Assembly (NCBI RefSeq): GCF_006345805.1
Contig: NC_043014.1
Coordinates: 28,706,001-28,770,000 of the forward strand
Reading direction: 5' to 3'
Source: Octopus sinensis
Taxonomy: Eukaryota
Length of the DNA stretch: 64,000 nucleotides
A program made the translations under genes and the position numbers. A model generated the notes under the pieces. The model did not search any database. It was given only the letters and a program-made list of their open reading frames with translations, and was not told the DNA's origin. This document shows, one piece after another, positions 1 through 13,801 of the stretch (positions are counted from its first letter, which is position 1; the number at the start of each line of letters is the position of its first letter).

Positions 1-859
1 CCATGGACACAAAGAATGCATTAATTTATGTAAGGTGTGCATAAAAAAATATAGTAGTTATTTTTGAGACAATGCTTTTAATACGCAGGCGTGAAGAAGG
101 GGATAAAAATGAAAATTTTTCTCTGTAAATGTGATTATTTGTTTTACAAATATGTCTCTGAATAGCACGCCTTATATTGCACACATTTTGTATATTTCTG
201 TGCTTAATTTTAGCGTACGCATTCGTGCGCGCATGTATGATATGCACGTTTTGCATATGCAGTTACTACATACATGGAAAAACACGCATACGTGTGTATA
301 CATATAAACACACTCAAAATATATAGCAGGTAGATAGATAGACTTACATGCGCCTGTGCATGCACGAGAGTGCGCGTATATAAGCATACACATGCATGCG
401 TACACACAACACAAGCATGCACGTAACCACGCACGCACACATACATAAACACACACTTAACACATGCTCCCGCGCATGTGTGTGCGTTATGCATAAGCAG
501 ATATAAATCCTTACAGAATTTTTTATAAATATCAACTCACCTTTATGCTTAGAGTATTTATCTCTCATCTTTCTTATAATATTAATAAACGATTTTCTTC
601 TATAAATTTTTTATTTTATTTTGTTTATTAAATCTCTGGCGAATATTTACAATTAAATAAACAGCAAGGTCAATGTATTCGAATCGGCGTTCCATTCAGT
701 AAGTTACTAACTCACCCGTTTGCCACTACTAGAGAAATGACCTAGACAGCATTAAAGGTCAGGCTGTTCCTGTACTTGTGCAATTTTATCCATAGCTCTT
801 ATACGTCACCAACTGTGATAATAAATTAACCTATTTTATTTGTAGCAGCAGCAATAGCA

Positions 860-1000
860 GCAGCGGCAGCAGCGCACTCCTGCTGCAAATGCATATTTCA
901 TAATCAAGAGAATCCACTGCGCATGCGCTTAAAGATAAGACAAGACTACCTTCCGCTATTTTGTAATTGTTGGCGTTATCTACTCGCATTTTGCTTCGTA
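860..1000. promoter_or_regulatory. Possible promoter-like patch with an NRF1-type palindrome
   Basis: GCGCATGCGC at 919-928 matches the NRF1 consensus. GACTACCTTCCG (944-955) loosely resembles ACTAC/ETS-type promoter motifs. CpGs are locally denser than in the flanks. No transcript evidence. Confidence 0.3.
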
Positions 1001-1935
1001 ATACAACATATTTCTCTCAGCGCTATATTTCAGTATTTCTGTGTTCTTTTCAGTCAGTATCAGTTCTTCTATTATTATTTTTATTTTTCGTTCGTTACAT
1101 ATGTAAATATTTCTTTCCTTTCACCTCTAAAACCGCTCTTTGTTTTCTACTTTCGCACATGCAAATACAAATTAAATGTAAGCGGAAATATAGGCATATC
1201 GGAAAAAAAAATATGGAGCTATATATATATTTATATATATGTATATATAAATATATATATTTATATGCACACATAATTTTTGAACACATGTGTATATTAT
1301 GTGTGTGCGTGTGTACTTTATATATATATATATATATATATGAATATATATGCATATTTATGTAAATATTATATGTATATATATATATATATATAAATAT
1401 ATATTTATATATATATATATATATATATATGAGTGTACGTTTTATGTGTTAAAATGTGTTATACATACTATAGGTGTGCATATGTGTGTTAGTCTGCTCA
1501 ATTTTCATTATCCTAAACTCATCTTTTTTCTATTCTAAAATATACTTTTTTTTTTCTATATTTTCTACTTCTTTCTTTTTGTTCTTTTGCTTCTCATTAT
1601 CATTTATTTCTTTCCGTGAGGTGCTATTTTGTTTTGTTTTTTTTGTTATTTTTAAAATTTTTGTTGTTTTTCGCAAATGATGCGCATAATACGACGTCTC
1701 GAATTTTATGACGAAACTTCTTGATGGAAAAGAAAAAAGAACAAAAAAAAAGAAAAGAAAAAATTTGCCAAAATTTACAAAAAAAAAAAAACATCACCGA
1801 ATGAATATACTAGACACACTACAAAAAGGATGTTATTCAAATATTTAGTACTAACAATTAGACATCATTCACAAGCAGGAAGAAGTGGTGACTATAAACG
1901 GACTCAAAGGATGAGGAAGTAAGGGGGAATAATAT

Positions 1936-1942
1936 ATTATTA

Positions 1943-1993
<51 letters not shown>

Positions 1994-2234
1994 CATTATT
2001 ATTATTATAACTATGTGTAAACGATAAAATGAACCTTTTCACGACTTCAAGAAATGTTACATATGTATATACTCGTTCTTACATACACATAATACACACA
2101 CATACAGTCACACATTTACGTGTACATGCACACACCTACACACACACACATGTATGCATATATATTATAAAAATATATACATATGTATATACATATATTA
2201 TTATTATTATATATATATATGTGTGTTATATCTA

Positions 2235-2332
<98 letters not shown>

Positions 2333-3022
2333 ATCTATCTATATATATATATATATATATATACGCGTGCATGATTTATTCTCTGTATATATGCATCAAT
2401 CAATACGTACACGCAGATATTTTTGAGACATTTAGATAGGAAAATATTTGTGCATGCATTCCTGAGTGTGTGTGTGTGTGCGCGCGCGTACGATATACAT
2501 AATATATATCTATATATAAATATATATATGGTGTGTGTATCTATACAAGCGTATAATACTGTGTGACTGCCATTATAGATTAATATAATCAATATCGATT
2601 AATATTGATAAAAAATAATTACTTATTCTGATATCTCCTTATCTATCGATACGCATGAAACGTAACTTGGTTGTGCCTATGAATATGTGTCTGTGTATAT
2701 AAATGCTTGTATATGTGCATATATATATATATATCTGTGTGCATGCAATTATGCATATATAATACGGAGTACTTATGCAACAACAGTATTAGAGCAAAAT
2801 GCATAGCGACTTACTAGTGCATGTTCACAACATGAGTGTGTGTGCGTGAATAATTGCAAGTGTATGCATGTGAGTGTGCTGCGTGTGTTGGCACGTGTGT
2901 TTATGTGTATACAAAAATATATGCATACAAATGTATACACATCCATACATACACTCATGTTTATATATAAATATATATACATAGTCCATGTTCATAGTAT
3001 ATATGTATATATATAATATATT

Positions 3023-3068
<46 letters not shown>

Positions 3069-3372
3069 ATGCATATACATATTTATATGCATATACATAT
3101 TTATATGTGTGTATAGAAACGCAAGGTGCGCTATGAAAAGTGTCACCAAAGGTCATCTTTATGCTATGTACCTTAAATAATAACCATTTATCTCTAACTG
3201 CAAGGAGTACATATTTTGCCATCCATCCATCCATCCATCCATCCATCCAGCCATCCATCATCCATACATACATACATACATACATATGTTTGTGTTTGTG
3301 TTTATGTGCGTGTATTAATATATATATCATACATGTGTCCCAGTCTATTAATTTCTATTTCTCTCGCATTCT

Positions 3373-3414
<42 letters not shown>

Positions 3415-3683
3415 GTGTATTTCTACATATTCATATATTTCTGCACATACATACGCACATACCATCATACGTATCCTTGTGTCATACATACATAATACAT
3501 TCATACATGTAAGTATGTGTATATATATATATATATATATAAATATACGCATACATATATGTATGTATGTATTATGTATGTATAACACAAGAATACGTAT
3601 ATATATATATATATATAGACATTTGTATACACATATAATGTATACAGACATGTGTATACACATATAAATACACAAGTATATGC

Positions 3684-3756
<73 letters not shown>

Positions 3757-3793
3757 GCTATCTATCTATCTATCTGTCTATCTATCTATCTAG

Positions 3794-3872
<79 letters not shown>
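1936..3872. repeat. Microsatellite cluster: (TAT)n, (TATC)n, (TA)n, (CCAT)n, (CATA)n
   Basis: Arrays read directly at about 1936-2008, 2225-2362, 2995-3110, 3218-3285 and 3684-3872. Confidence 0.95.
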
Positions 3873-3914
3873 CATACCTCGTTAGATCTTGCCCAAGCCA
3901 CCTTTACGCAATAT

Positions 3915-4325
3915 TGGGCAAGTGTCTTCTAGTATAGTTCCGTGATGACCAATGCCTTGAAATATATTTTGTAGTTGGTAAAGCGTGCATAAGCACAAAC
4001 ACACGTACGCGAGCGCACACCCAAACACGCACACAATGGTAGGCACGCAACAACCTACCAACCCACCTACAAGCACACACATGCCTGCTTACGTGTCTGT
4101 CCTACGCGTGCTTCTGTGCGTTTTTCATGTGTCTGTGTGCTCGTGCGTCTACGTGACTGTATGTGCGCCTGCATGCTTTTGTTTTGTCACCGTTATGTAA
4201 TAAATTGTGTTGCTTTGTTTACATCCTTATGACTCAATGCTATCGAATTATTTGACTAATCACTTTGTAATAGTGTCCCAGCATGGTTGCAGTTCAATGA
4301 CTGAAACAAACAAGGCTAAAAAAAA
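3915..4325 (+). mobile_element. Degenerate SINE family B copy
   Basis: TTGGGCAAGTGTCTTCTAGTATAG and the tail CCAGCATGGTTGCAGTTCAATGACTGAAAC match the near-full copy at 42982-43390. Confidence 0.6.
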
Positions 4326-4443
4326 TACACGCACACATATACGCATAAGGATATATGTACACACGTTCAGAGATGTCTTCCTGACATTAAATGGCAGAAT
4401 CGTCGTAATTAGAGGATAGCCACATTGAAGTGTCCATAAGCAA

Positions 4444-4478
<35 letters not shown>

Positions 4479-4479
<1 letters not shown>

Positions 4480-4690
4480 CAAATAAGAAAATGGAGGAGA
4501 ACAATAATTGGTTCATCAACTTATATTCATGTTTTTTAATAGCCACTTGTATCCTTATCTTATATGCTTAGAATAATATGCTATACGTATGTATGTTATT
4601 ATAATTATCAGTTTAATAAATAAATAAGGTAACATTTTTAATGTCCTAATTGATGAACCAACTATTGTTCTCCTCCATTTTCTTATTTGC
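4479..4690. repeat. 41-bp inverted repeat abutting (TA)n
   Basis: 4479-4519 is the reverse complement of 4650-4690 with one mismatch. Confidence 0.9.
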
Positions 4691-4759
4691 AATGTAAATA
4701 GTTATAAAATATTTCTTTACATTTACCCATTTAATACACTAGGTAATGTGATTGTATTG

Positions 4760-4859
4760 NNNNNNNNNNNNNNNNNNNNNNNNNNNNNNNNNNNNNNNNN
4801 NNNNNNNNNNNNNNNNNNNNNNNNNNNNNNNNNNNNNNNNNNNNNNNNNNNNNNNNNNN
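4760..4859. other. Assembly gap
   Basis: Run of 100 N. Confidence 1.
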
Positions 4860-4965
4860 AGACACTTAGAGAATCGTCAGATCATGTATTTGCCACTTTC
4901 ATTCTTATGAATACCAACGCAAACCACTTAGAGAGTAGCTAAATTTTATAACACCACCATCCTAC

Positions 4966-5023
<58 letters not shown>

Positions 5024-5087
5024 ATATAATATAATATATATATATATTATATATATAATATATATTTATAAACAGCAATAAAGGGTT

Positions 5088-5284
5088 AGCAACGAATTGC
5101 CTTACCACATACCGAATTTAGAAATAGCAGTCAAAGGGTTATAGCTATTTCTTCTACTAAAAAGGGAGATCTCAGTTAAAACAGCAATTGTTTTTACTGA
5201 GATCTCCCTTTTTAGTAGAAGAAAAGCTATAAACCCTTTGACTGCTATTTCTAAATTCGGTATGTGGTAAGGCAATTCGTTGCT
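5088..5284. repeat. About 95-bp fold-back hairpin with a 5-nt loop
   Basis: Arms AGCAACGAATTGCC...AAAACA and TGTTTT...GGCAATTCGTTGCT differ by 3 changes; loop GCAAT. Part of the right arm recurs as a diverged direct repeat at about 5352-5399. Confidence 0.95.
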
Positions 5285-5581
5285 TGACCGCATATAGTGA
5301 ATTACAGGGTTTGTCGTGCCCGAAGTCCCACTTGTGATAGAAAAAGCATTCTTGACTGCTATTTCTATTTTTTCGGTATGCGGTCAAGCAACCTGTTGCC
5401 TGTCCCTTTTTCTTATATACAATATATATATGAAAAACTTACAGAAGTTCCTGCCGGTAATCGGCTATATTTACATACCGAATTCTACCAGTAATAATTG
5501 TGGTTTTTTTAAAAAAACCTTTATAGAATTATTTACTCTTATTTATTTAATTATATATATATAAATATGGTATTTATATAC

Positions 5582-5623
<42 letters not shown>

Positions 5624-5695
5624 TATACATATATGAATATATATATTATACTATATATATATATAGATATATATACATATACACACACACACCAC

Positions 5696-5727
<32 letters not shown>

Positions 5728-6457
5728 GATATATATATATATGCATATAAATGTGTATAAGAATGTATATCTGAACATAGTACACACACACAGATACGCA
5801 CACACTTCAGTCCTCACACATGAATCTTACCATCTGACCGACTGAATTTAGATTCGAACTGGATGTACGAGCATACAGGCCAGGACTTTACATTTATTGG
5901 GTTGGTCAACCTAGGTAATAGTTCAGTAGAGTGCCCGTAACTCGTTTGGTCGATCACTACCTTGTAGTATGTATATGTCTGTGTGTTGCGCGTTTGTTTG
6001 GATACGGACTTCTTTCACAAATACAGAGCAAGTACTTACTATATATAATGAATTGTAAAAAATATATAGCATTCGTATGTGACACCCTCTCTATATATGG
6101 ACATTCAAAATTCATATACTCTCAGAGACATGTATACATGCATACCTTTAGTAATAGGAGGGAACACATGGAAAGGTACTTACGCGAAGACGCACGCACA
6201 CACATATATTATACATACACACATGTACATGTGTGTGTATGTACATATATGTACATACACACACACACGCATATATATATATATATATATATATATGTGC
6301 ATATATATGTGTGTACTTATATGTTCATATATATGCAAATATATATGTGTGTATGTAAATATATGTACACACACAGACACACAGACACACACCACACACA
6401 CACACACATATACATACATACATATATATATATATATAGATATATATATATATATAT

Positions 6458-6491
<34 letters not shown>

Positions 6492-6494
<3 letters not shown>

Positions 6495-6643
6495 CAAATT
6501 CCGCCGAGGTTGACTTTGCCTTTCATCCTTTCGGGGTCGATAAATTAAGTACCAGTTACCCACTGGGGTCGATGTAATCGACTTAATCCCTTTGTCTGTC
6601 CTTGTTTGCCCCCTCTATGTTTAGCCCCTTGTAGGTAGTAAAG

Positions 6644-6647
<4 letters not shown>
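6492..6647 (+). mobile_element. SINE family A, 5'-truncated, between (TA)n tracts
   Basis: GTTCAAATTCCGCCGAGG...CTTTCATCCTTTCGGGGTCGATAAATTAAGTACCAG core shared with many copies in the window. Confidence 0.9.
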
Positions 6648-6687
<40 letters not shown>

Positions 6688-7107
6688 ACGCACGCACACA
6701 CACATGCACATATGAAATGGAGATGTTAATGGCATAGTCAAGTTTGTAACACTCTATATGATTGTTAGAGACATCAGGATTGCTACTATTTTCCGTCCTC
6801 AAACAGCTACTTCTATCTCAGTAGGTATCTAATGACGAAGACAGTATAATCTATAAATAAAATTCCTACAGTGATACAGCAAAATATTCATAAATATTGA
6901 GAAATGCCCAGCCTGAAACCTAGGTTATGCTAGGAGCAAAGTGTTACAAAGAAGTATGTATATATGTGTTTGTATGAGTCAGTTAACTTGTAGATTAGTC
7001 ACTACTTATAAGTAATATATATTTTATCTAAAAACCACTGTTTTCCCTGTATTTAGTTTCAAGTCACAATCAAATATCTTGGTCCAAATATATGTCGAGT
7101 GTGTCGG

Positions 7108-7234
7108 TATACATACATACATACATACATACATACATACATAATACATACATACATACACACTTACATACATACATATATACACATACATACAAACATA
7201 CATACATACATACATACATACATACATACATACA

Positions 7235-7267
<33 letters not shown>

Positions 7268-7282
7268 GCATACATGCATGCA
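7108..7282. repeat. (TACA)n microsatellite
   Basis: Read directly; abuts the 5' end of the R4-like element. Confidence 0.95.
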
Positions 7283-8925
7283 TGAGATGAAAAAGAGCAT
7301 TGGCCTAGTTACAACGTTCTCAAAGGATGTAAGGTTGGAGTTTGGTCAGGATAAATGTTGTTATATGGTTGTGAAAAGGAGGGAAACTATAAACCAGACT
7401 AATAACATCTCCATCAACGATTTGACTGTTTCCGCTGACGAGGAATGTTACAGTTTTCTAGGAGTGAATGAAAATATACCTTACAATGACATCTGTAACA
7501 AAACACGTGTCACTAAAGAATTTTACAGCCGAATAAAGAACATTTGGACCTCAGAAGTCTCTGCATTCAATAAAACAGTGGCTCGCAATGTGTTTGCAGC
7601 GCCACTACTCATATCGATATTTGGGCTGCTTGATTGGACGCTTGATGAGATTTATGTGAAAACCCGAAAACTACTAACAAGCACATATAATTTCCACATA
7701 AACAGTGATGTAGAACACCTCTGATGTAGAACACCTCTGATGTAGAACACCGTCGATCCAAAATGCCTTTGAATGTCGCATCATATACTTTCGGCAACAT
7801 CTTTTAACCACCAAGTGTTGAAGTGCATCCCTTGACCAAGTTTGCGTACATGAGGCTGATAACATCATAAGACTTGGAAGGCAGCTCCTTGAGCAACACT
7901 CTTTCTTTGACAACCTAGAATACATGCTCAAAGGAGTTGCACGACTCTATCGCAACATATAATCAGATGAAAGGATGAGCCTATTTGAGCAGAAGATTTT
8001 GCATGGATATGTTAGTAGAATAGCCGGATTACTACTCCCAATTTGAAAGGTATGCATTTTCAATCTAGGAACAGGAAATATCAACCAAGTACCAGATGCA
8101 GGAAAAACCGCAAAATGTGACAACCGATGCAAACTTTTTGGAGTTCACACAGAAGATATCACCCACATCATAAAAAGTTATCCGAAAATGTCATCACAGT
8201 ATTATCTACCGATGACACAAGATGTTGTAACTGGGATACTCTATAATAAAACCCGTCGGAAAGATAAGCTCGAGGATAATGGAAAAAAAAGCCCGCAATA
8301 TAGTAGAAGCCATAGCCACTCATAATAAAAAGGAATACTAGTGAAATGTAACAGTGAAGATCTCAATAAAATGTAAGCACAAGAGACCTGAGATAAGGAT
8401 TTGGGACAGAGAAGAGAAACTGTGCACAGCTGTGGAAATTAGCTTCCCAGCGGATGGTAACATAAAGCTGAAGATCAGACAAAAAACAGAGAACACCTAT
8501 GCTGAACTATTGAGAAACCTGCAGTTACTCTATCCAGATTACAAGTTCAGGTTTATAGCTGTAATTATTGGGGCCCTTGAAAATGTAACACACTGCTTAA
8601 ATACCAATCTTGAGAAATTAGGTTTCTCAAAACCAGAATGGAGAAAGCTAATTCGAAGACTACAGATCCAATCACTGGAACTGTAAAAATCTGTAAAACT
8701 TTCCAGAAGTTTATCATTTAAATATATATGAGCATGTCTAGATATGTAACTATATGCATGAGAGTACATATATAAAACATACAAAACTGCACATACATAC
8801 ATACATACATACATACATAGAAAATACCCTGTTGTTAATGTTAAAAGTCCAACCTTGGATCAAGGTTAGAAACCGTTTTTTTCTCTATTGGCAAGAAATC
8901 TTGAAATAAACTGAATAATGACATA
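7283..8925 (+). mobile_element. 5'-truncated, decayed R4/Dong-like (RLE, R2 superfamily) non-LTR retrotransposon
   Basis: RT C-terminus (FSKDVRLEFGQDKC...KTRKLLT...HINSDVEHL), decayed CCHC knuckle (C..F....EDITHI) and restriction-like endonuclease (KRPEIRIWD...VEISFPAD...NLQLLYPDYKF...VIIGAL). Contains stops and frameshifts; the frame ends near 8720 and a putative 3' UTR follows. Confidence 0.9.
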
Positions 8926-10199
8926 TATATAAGATCAATACATATATACATTATCAGCTAAAATGATTCTAGAGAGTAACGTATATGTACAATGAAAATC
9001 AGAAATGCATAAATTTCACAGATTTTTTTCAATATCTTTTTCATTATGCACAAACATCATTAGCAACAAACATCATTACTTCTATAATTACGTAATTAAA
9101 ACGTGTATTTCATTAAATTAAACTAGACTTGTTTAAAGCATTGTTTATTCCAAATCATTATTAAGATTGGTACTTAACTGTTATTAGTCTAAATACCTGT
9201 GAGACGGAAATATCCATGTTTTCATGTGCGTGTAAGCGTGCGTGTGCTTGTTTGTGTGTATATATCTATATATATATATATGCATATATGTATGAACAGA
9301 CATTTAAAACACGTTGCGTTTCCAAGTAGAAAGTTAGTACAAGGGAGATAATCATTTACCCATGGTATTTGGTGGGACTGGAAATTTGAAAGAGTTGAAA
9401 TAATAATTTCAAGTTTGGGAAGAAAATTTGTCAATATGACCAATTTCAAAAGATTTCACATGTGCATAATCGGCAGATTCATTGCCACCTTCATGGGGTA
9501 TTCTGATTCCAATATGGACCATTTCAAGATTTCCTGGGAATTATTTGTCATTGAAATTGAAGATATGTTCAATGAGAGAAGTAAAGTTCTTCAGGAAGTA
9601 TTTTAGAAAATGAATCGCTTTGAGGTAAGAAGTGCAACCCATGCAGAATTTTGAAGACCTATAGGTTTAACAGAATAAACTACATTATTGCGTTTGAGTG
9701 ATCATTGGGTGGACAATTTTCTCTTAGTCTACAATTGCGAAACTTTTTGCGAAACTTTTAGCGAAATCAGTTTTTTTAATAAGAATTTGTTAGAGGCAGG
9801 TAGGATATTGCAAGTGCTGACATGGGAAGAAACCACATTGTTAGTATCACTTTAATCCTCGTTACCCTGTAGCAACTATAGGACTATTTTATGTAGCAAT
9901 AAGTCTTTATAATTGACATAGGGGTACTGAAGTGAGAATCATTACATTATAGACCACTTCTGCAGTTTTGAAATTTTTTATGACCTGCATGAGCATATGA
10001 TAATGTCAAAGTTATTGCATCTAAATTTTCTAGTCCACTATTTACCATTAAAAGATATGCGTTTTCCTGGTTGCTAGAATTACCTGTATGCCATTAGGAG
10101 TTGAAGGGGATATATTTCTAGCAAAGATAAGGTCCTCGTGACAGTAATAATTGTTAATATCAAACTGAAGGAACGAAGGTAGTTATTTGTGTATTCTAG

Positions 10200-10891
10200 A
10201 TTCGCCCCAAAGAGATAAGTTAAAATGCATTTCGACAGGTATTACTTTATCGATTGCCTTCTAGCTAATTCTAAGCTAGATTGGGAAGGACTAATTAATC
10301 TGATAGAAGTATTGTCTAGAATGTCAATCTCATGACAAGAGGAATTCTTCGTCTAAAAGGTTCCGTCCTGTCTGCTAGATTCAGTCTGGTTACAAGTTTA
10401 TTCACTAAATCGTTTATACTCCCGAGTATATTGGATTCGGCTTTTTCTATAATAAAGTTCCTTAATAATAGGACCAGTAAATGATGCATAATTGATAGAG
10501 TCTATATTCCCAGTTCTGTCAGAAGACACACACAATAGGTCAGAATCTGTAATACTAGATCTTTTTTTTAGATATCTAATATTACCATTTACCATTTTGA
10601 AAGTCATTAGATATTCTTCTAAACTTAACATTTGAATTTAAATTCATTAAATCGTTCTCAAAGTTATCGAGAAGTGGATCAAATGGTGGCGATTTATATT
10701 TTTATAATATGTATCCATTTCAATTTTCTTCCTCTATTGCATTCTTCTTATCAAGATATTCGTTTTCTGGATGTCAATATCCATGTCAATATCATTCTTT
10801 GGTATAGTTATATATTTGAGGGAGATCCCTCAAAACTTCTCCATTTCAAAGTTGTGTAAACCACTAGTGTTCAACATATATGTGCAAATAC

Positions 10892-10931
<40 letters not shown>

Positions 10932-10959
10932 CACACAGATGTATATATATATATATATA

Positions 10960-11004
<45 letters not shown>

Positions 11005-11171
11005 TATATATGCGTTCGTGTGTGTGTGTTTATAGATAGAATGAAATATGCATATAAATATGCGTACACCCTACTCCACATATATACATATATACATATA
11101 TATGCATGTGTGTATATCTATATATATATATATATATATAAATGTGTGTGTGTGTATGTATATATATAATC

Positions 11172-11202
<31 letters not shown>

Positions 11203-11700
11203 CATATATACATATATATGTATGTATGTATATATATATATATATACACACACGTGCACATTGGGATTTACATAGTTGAGTGGTTTCTTGATTTTTAATA
11301 GACTGTAAGTAACCATAAGCTAAAAATTTCTCTGTAGACTAATGATGGATTTTATTCCGAAGATTAAGTTCTGAGAAGTCTTAAATTGAGGCTAAAATTC
11401 TAAGCTAATTAGAAAGGAATACACCACTTGCACTTCAAAGTATTAAAAGCTCTGTTTAGTGCTTACGAAGCAATGAATTGATCCACGTAAAAGAAACTTG
11501 CACGATTATGCAAATTAGACTGGACCGTTTAGCTGGATCTTTTTTGCATACACTGTACATAGATACGTATTCTTTTGCCGATGAATAGCTAATAAGTCTA
11601 GAAATGGGTCTTATCGATCGAATTTTGCATTGCTGCAAAGAAAGAAATCCTTTTTAGAGTGAGGCTAAAATTTAATATTCATTTTTAAAAAAATCACAGG
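10200..11700 (-). mobile_element. Possible highly decayed CR1/L2-like LINE, interrupted by microsatellite (about 10880-11260)
   Basis: Minus-strand peptides FTWINSLLRKH (cf. WIxSFLxxRxQxV) and LSLEEYLMTFKMVNG (cf. LxSLEERR...TFKI) occur in the expected order. Weak similarity judged by eye. Confidence 0.35.
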
Positions 11701-11835
11701 TATAATATTTTTCCATCCCTATAAATATTTGTGTGTGTGCATATATATGTATATATGCATGTATGTATATGTATGTGTGTGTGTGTGTGTGTGAATGTCT
11801 GTGTAGTAAAGAACATAAAGACAGACAAAATACCA

Positions 11836-12049
11836 ATTTCTTTACTGCCCACAAGGAGCTACACACAGAGGGGACAAACAAGGACAGACAAACGGATTAA
11901 GTCGATTATATCGACCCCAGTGCGTAACTGGTACTTATTTAATCGACCCCGAAAGGATGAAAGGCAAAGTCGACCTCGGCGAAATTTGAACTCAGAACGT
12001 AGCGGCAGACGTTTCTGGCGCGCTAACGTTTCTACCAGCTCGCCGCCTT
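11836..12049 (-). mobile_element. SINE family A, near full length
   Basis: Reverse complement of the AAGGCGGCGAGCTGGTAGAAACGTTAGC head, the core and the GTAAAGAAAT tail. Confidence 0.95.
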
Positions 12050-12075
12050 GTAGCAGTTAATAAATATTAATTGTG

Positions 12076-12270
12076 AAGGCATGCTGGGTGAAATGCTTAG
12101 CAGTTTTTCGTCTGTCTTTACGTTCTGAGTTCAAATTCCACTGAGGTCGACTTCCATCTTTCGGGGTCGATAAATTAAGTACCAGCTGCGTACTAGGGTT
12201 TTATGGTCAAACTAATCGACTGGCCCCCTAACCCCAAAATTTCGGGCTTTGTGCCTATTGTAGAAAAGAA
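12076..12270 (+). mobile_element. SINE family A, alternative tail
   Basis: Core plus CTAATCGACTGGCCCC...GTAGAAAAGAA tail; 12-bp direct repeat AATAAATATTAA at 12059-12070 and 12269-12280 (possible TSD). Confidence 0.85.
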
Positions 12271-12725
12271 TAAATATTAACTGCTTTTATCTAAGGAAAA
12301 GCAGTTCTTTTTTTTTCAATGAAATTAAGAGAAGGTTATTAAATTTGTGCCTCCGACGTTTCACATGTTCTGAACTACAACGATTTTATTGTATTGTCAT
12401 GTCACAAAAATGTAATGAAGTAGGAATCCCTTCAAATATACACTTATTTAAATACTGTGTCTAATCGAGTTAATTCTTTGTTCGAACCATGTAAATTCTG
12501 TTGAATTCTTTCGTGAATTTTAAAGGAATTTCTCATTTCCGGTAAAAGTTTACAACGCTTATATATATGTAAAACGTTTAACATGCTCATACTTACTTAT
12601 AGGCTTAAATAGTAAATGCATGCATGTAAATAGTGAGCCACGGTATTTCATCTATATTTGGTTGGTGTTATATTTATCTTAGTTTTATTGAAGCCCAGGT
12701 CAAACCGGATCAATTACACCTATGA

Positions 12726-12810
12726 TGGGGTCGATAAATTAGGTACCAGTAACACACTGGAGTCGATGTAATCGACTTAATACCTTTGTGTGTCTTTGTT
12801 TATCCCACTC
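12726..12810 (+). mobile_element. SINE family A 3' fragment
   Basis: GGGGTCGATAAATTAGGTACCAG...GTCGATGTAATCGACTTAAT. Confidence 0.75.
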
Positions 12811-13058
12811 TAGTAATCTTTGAAATTTATCTAGAACTATATTATCGTGTGTTTTTATCTAACTTTCATTTTCCAAGACGTTAAGGTGGGTATTTTAGAG
12901 AAATTTGGCTGGTATCTCTTGCTGATCGAGCCTTCACACACATGCCCTCCCGTTGATTCAAAGGCGTAGTTCGTATTAATTTCTTGTAATTCGCAGTTAA
13001 TGTATGTTTTCCAGACAAAGTCTACTGACGTGACTTCCCTTTCCCGCTTTCCCTCTCT

Positions 13059-13091
<33 letters not shown>

Positions 13092-13581
13092 GTATATATA
13101 TATACATAATCATGTCATTATATTCATATATGTCATTATATGCTGAGATTATTTTTTAGCAATAAAATGAAGCTTCTAAAAAAAAGAAAATTAAAGCAAT
13201 CTATAAATCAGGCTGCTTAGATCCTGATAACTGTATTTACTTTTCAAGTTTGCATTTAATTATGCTCTCCACGCATACTGTCTCAAGTGCACACATAAAC
13301 ATTTACAGTAAATACACATATATTTACGTATACTCACATATGTACATACCCAGCCATCTCTTTCCAACATCTGTGATAAATAAATCTAAATATGATATGA
13401 GCTGACTTACTTTAAGAAATTCCTACATTGTCGCTTTGAAATCGTGAATTCTATCCAAATGTTCATAACAAAGGACTGAAAGGGTCAAACATATTTCCAA
13501 TACTTTTGTACGAAAGACACACACAGAAAATCCTATACACTCGCAGAGAAACATACACTAACTGCCATACAAACACATGCT

Positions 13582-13608
13582 ATATCTATCTATCTATCTA
13601 TCTATCTA

Positions 13609-13653
<45 letters not shown>

Positions 13654-13740
13654 GTCTGTCTGTCTGTCTGTATGTATGTATGTATGTATGTATGTATGTA
13701 GTCTGTCTGTCTGTTTGTCTGTCTGTCTATCTATCTATCT

Positions 13741-13797
<57 letters not shown>

Positions 13798-13800
13798 AAT
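13582..13800. repeat. Compound microsatellite (TATC/TGTC/TATG/TC/TA)
   Basis: Read directly. Confidence 0.95.
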
Positions 13801-13801
13801 A

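Noticed and set aside
9300-9720. Coding-looking block with ORFs on both strands and a GAG|GTAAGA donor
   Set aside because: No frame stays open across usable splice sites and no domain was recognised; possibly old LINE debris.
9735-9768. Three GCGAAA (E2F-like) sites
   Set aside because: Explained by a local tandem duplication of about 13 bp.
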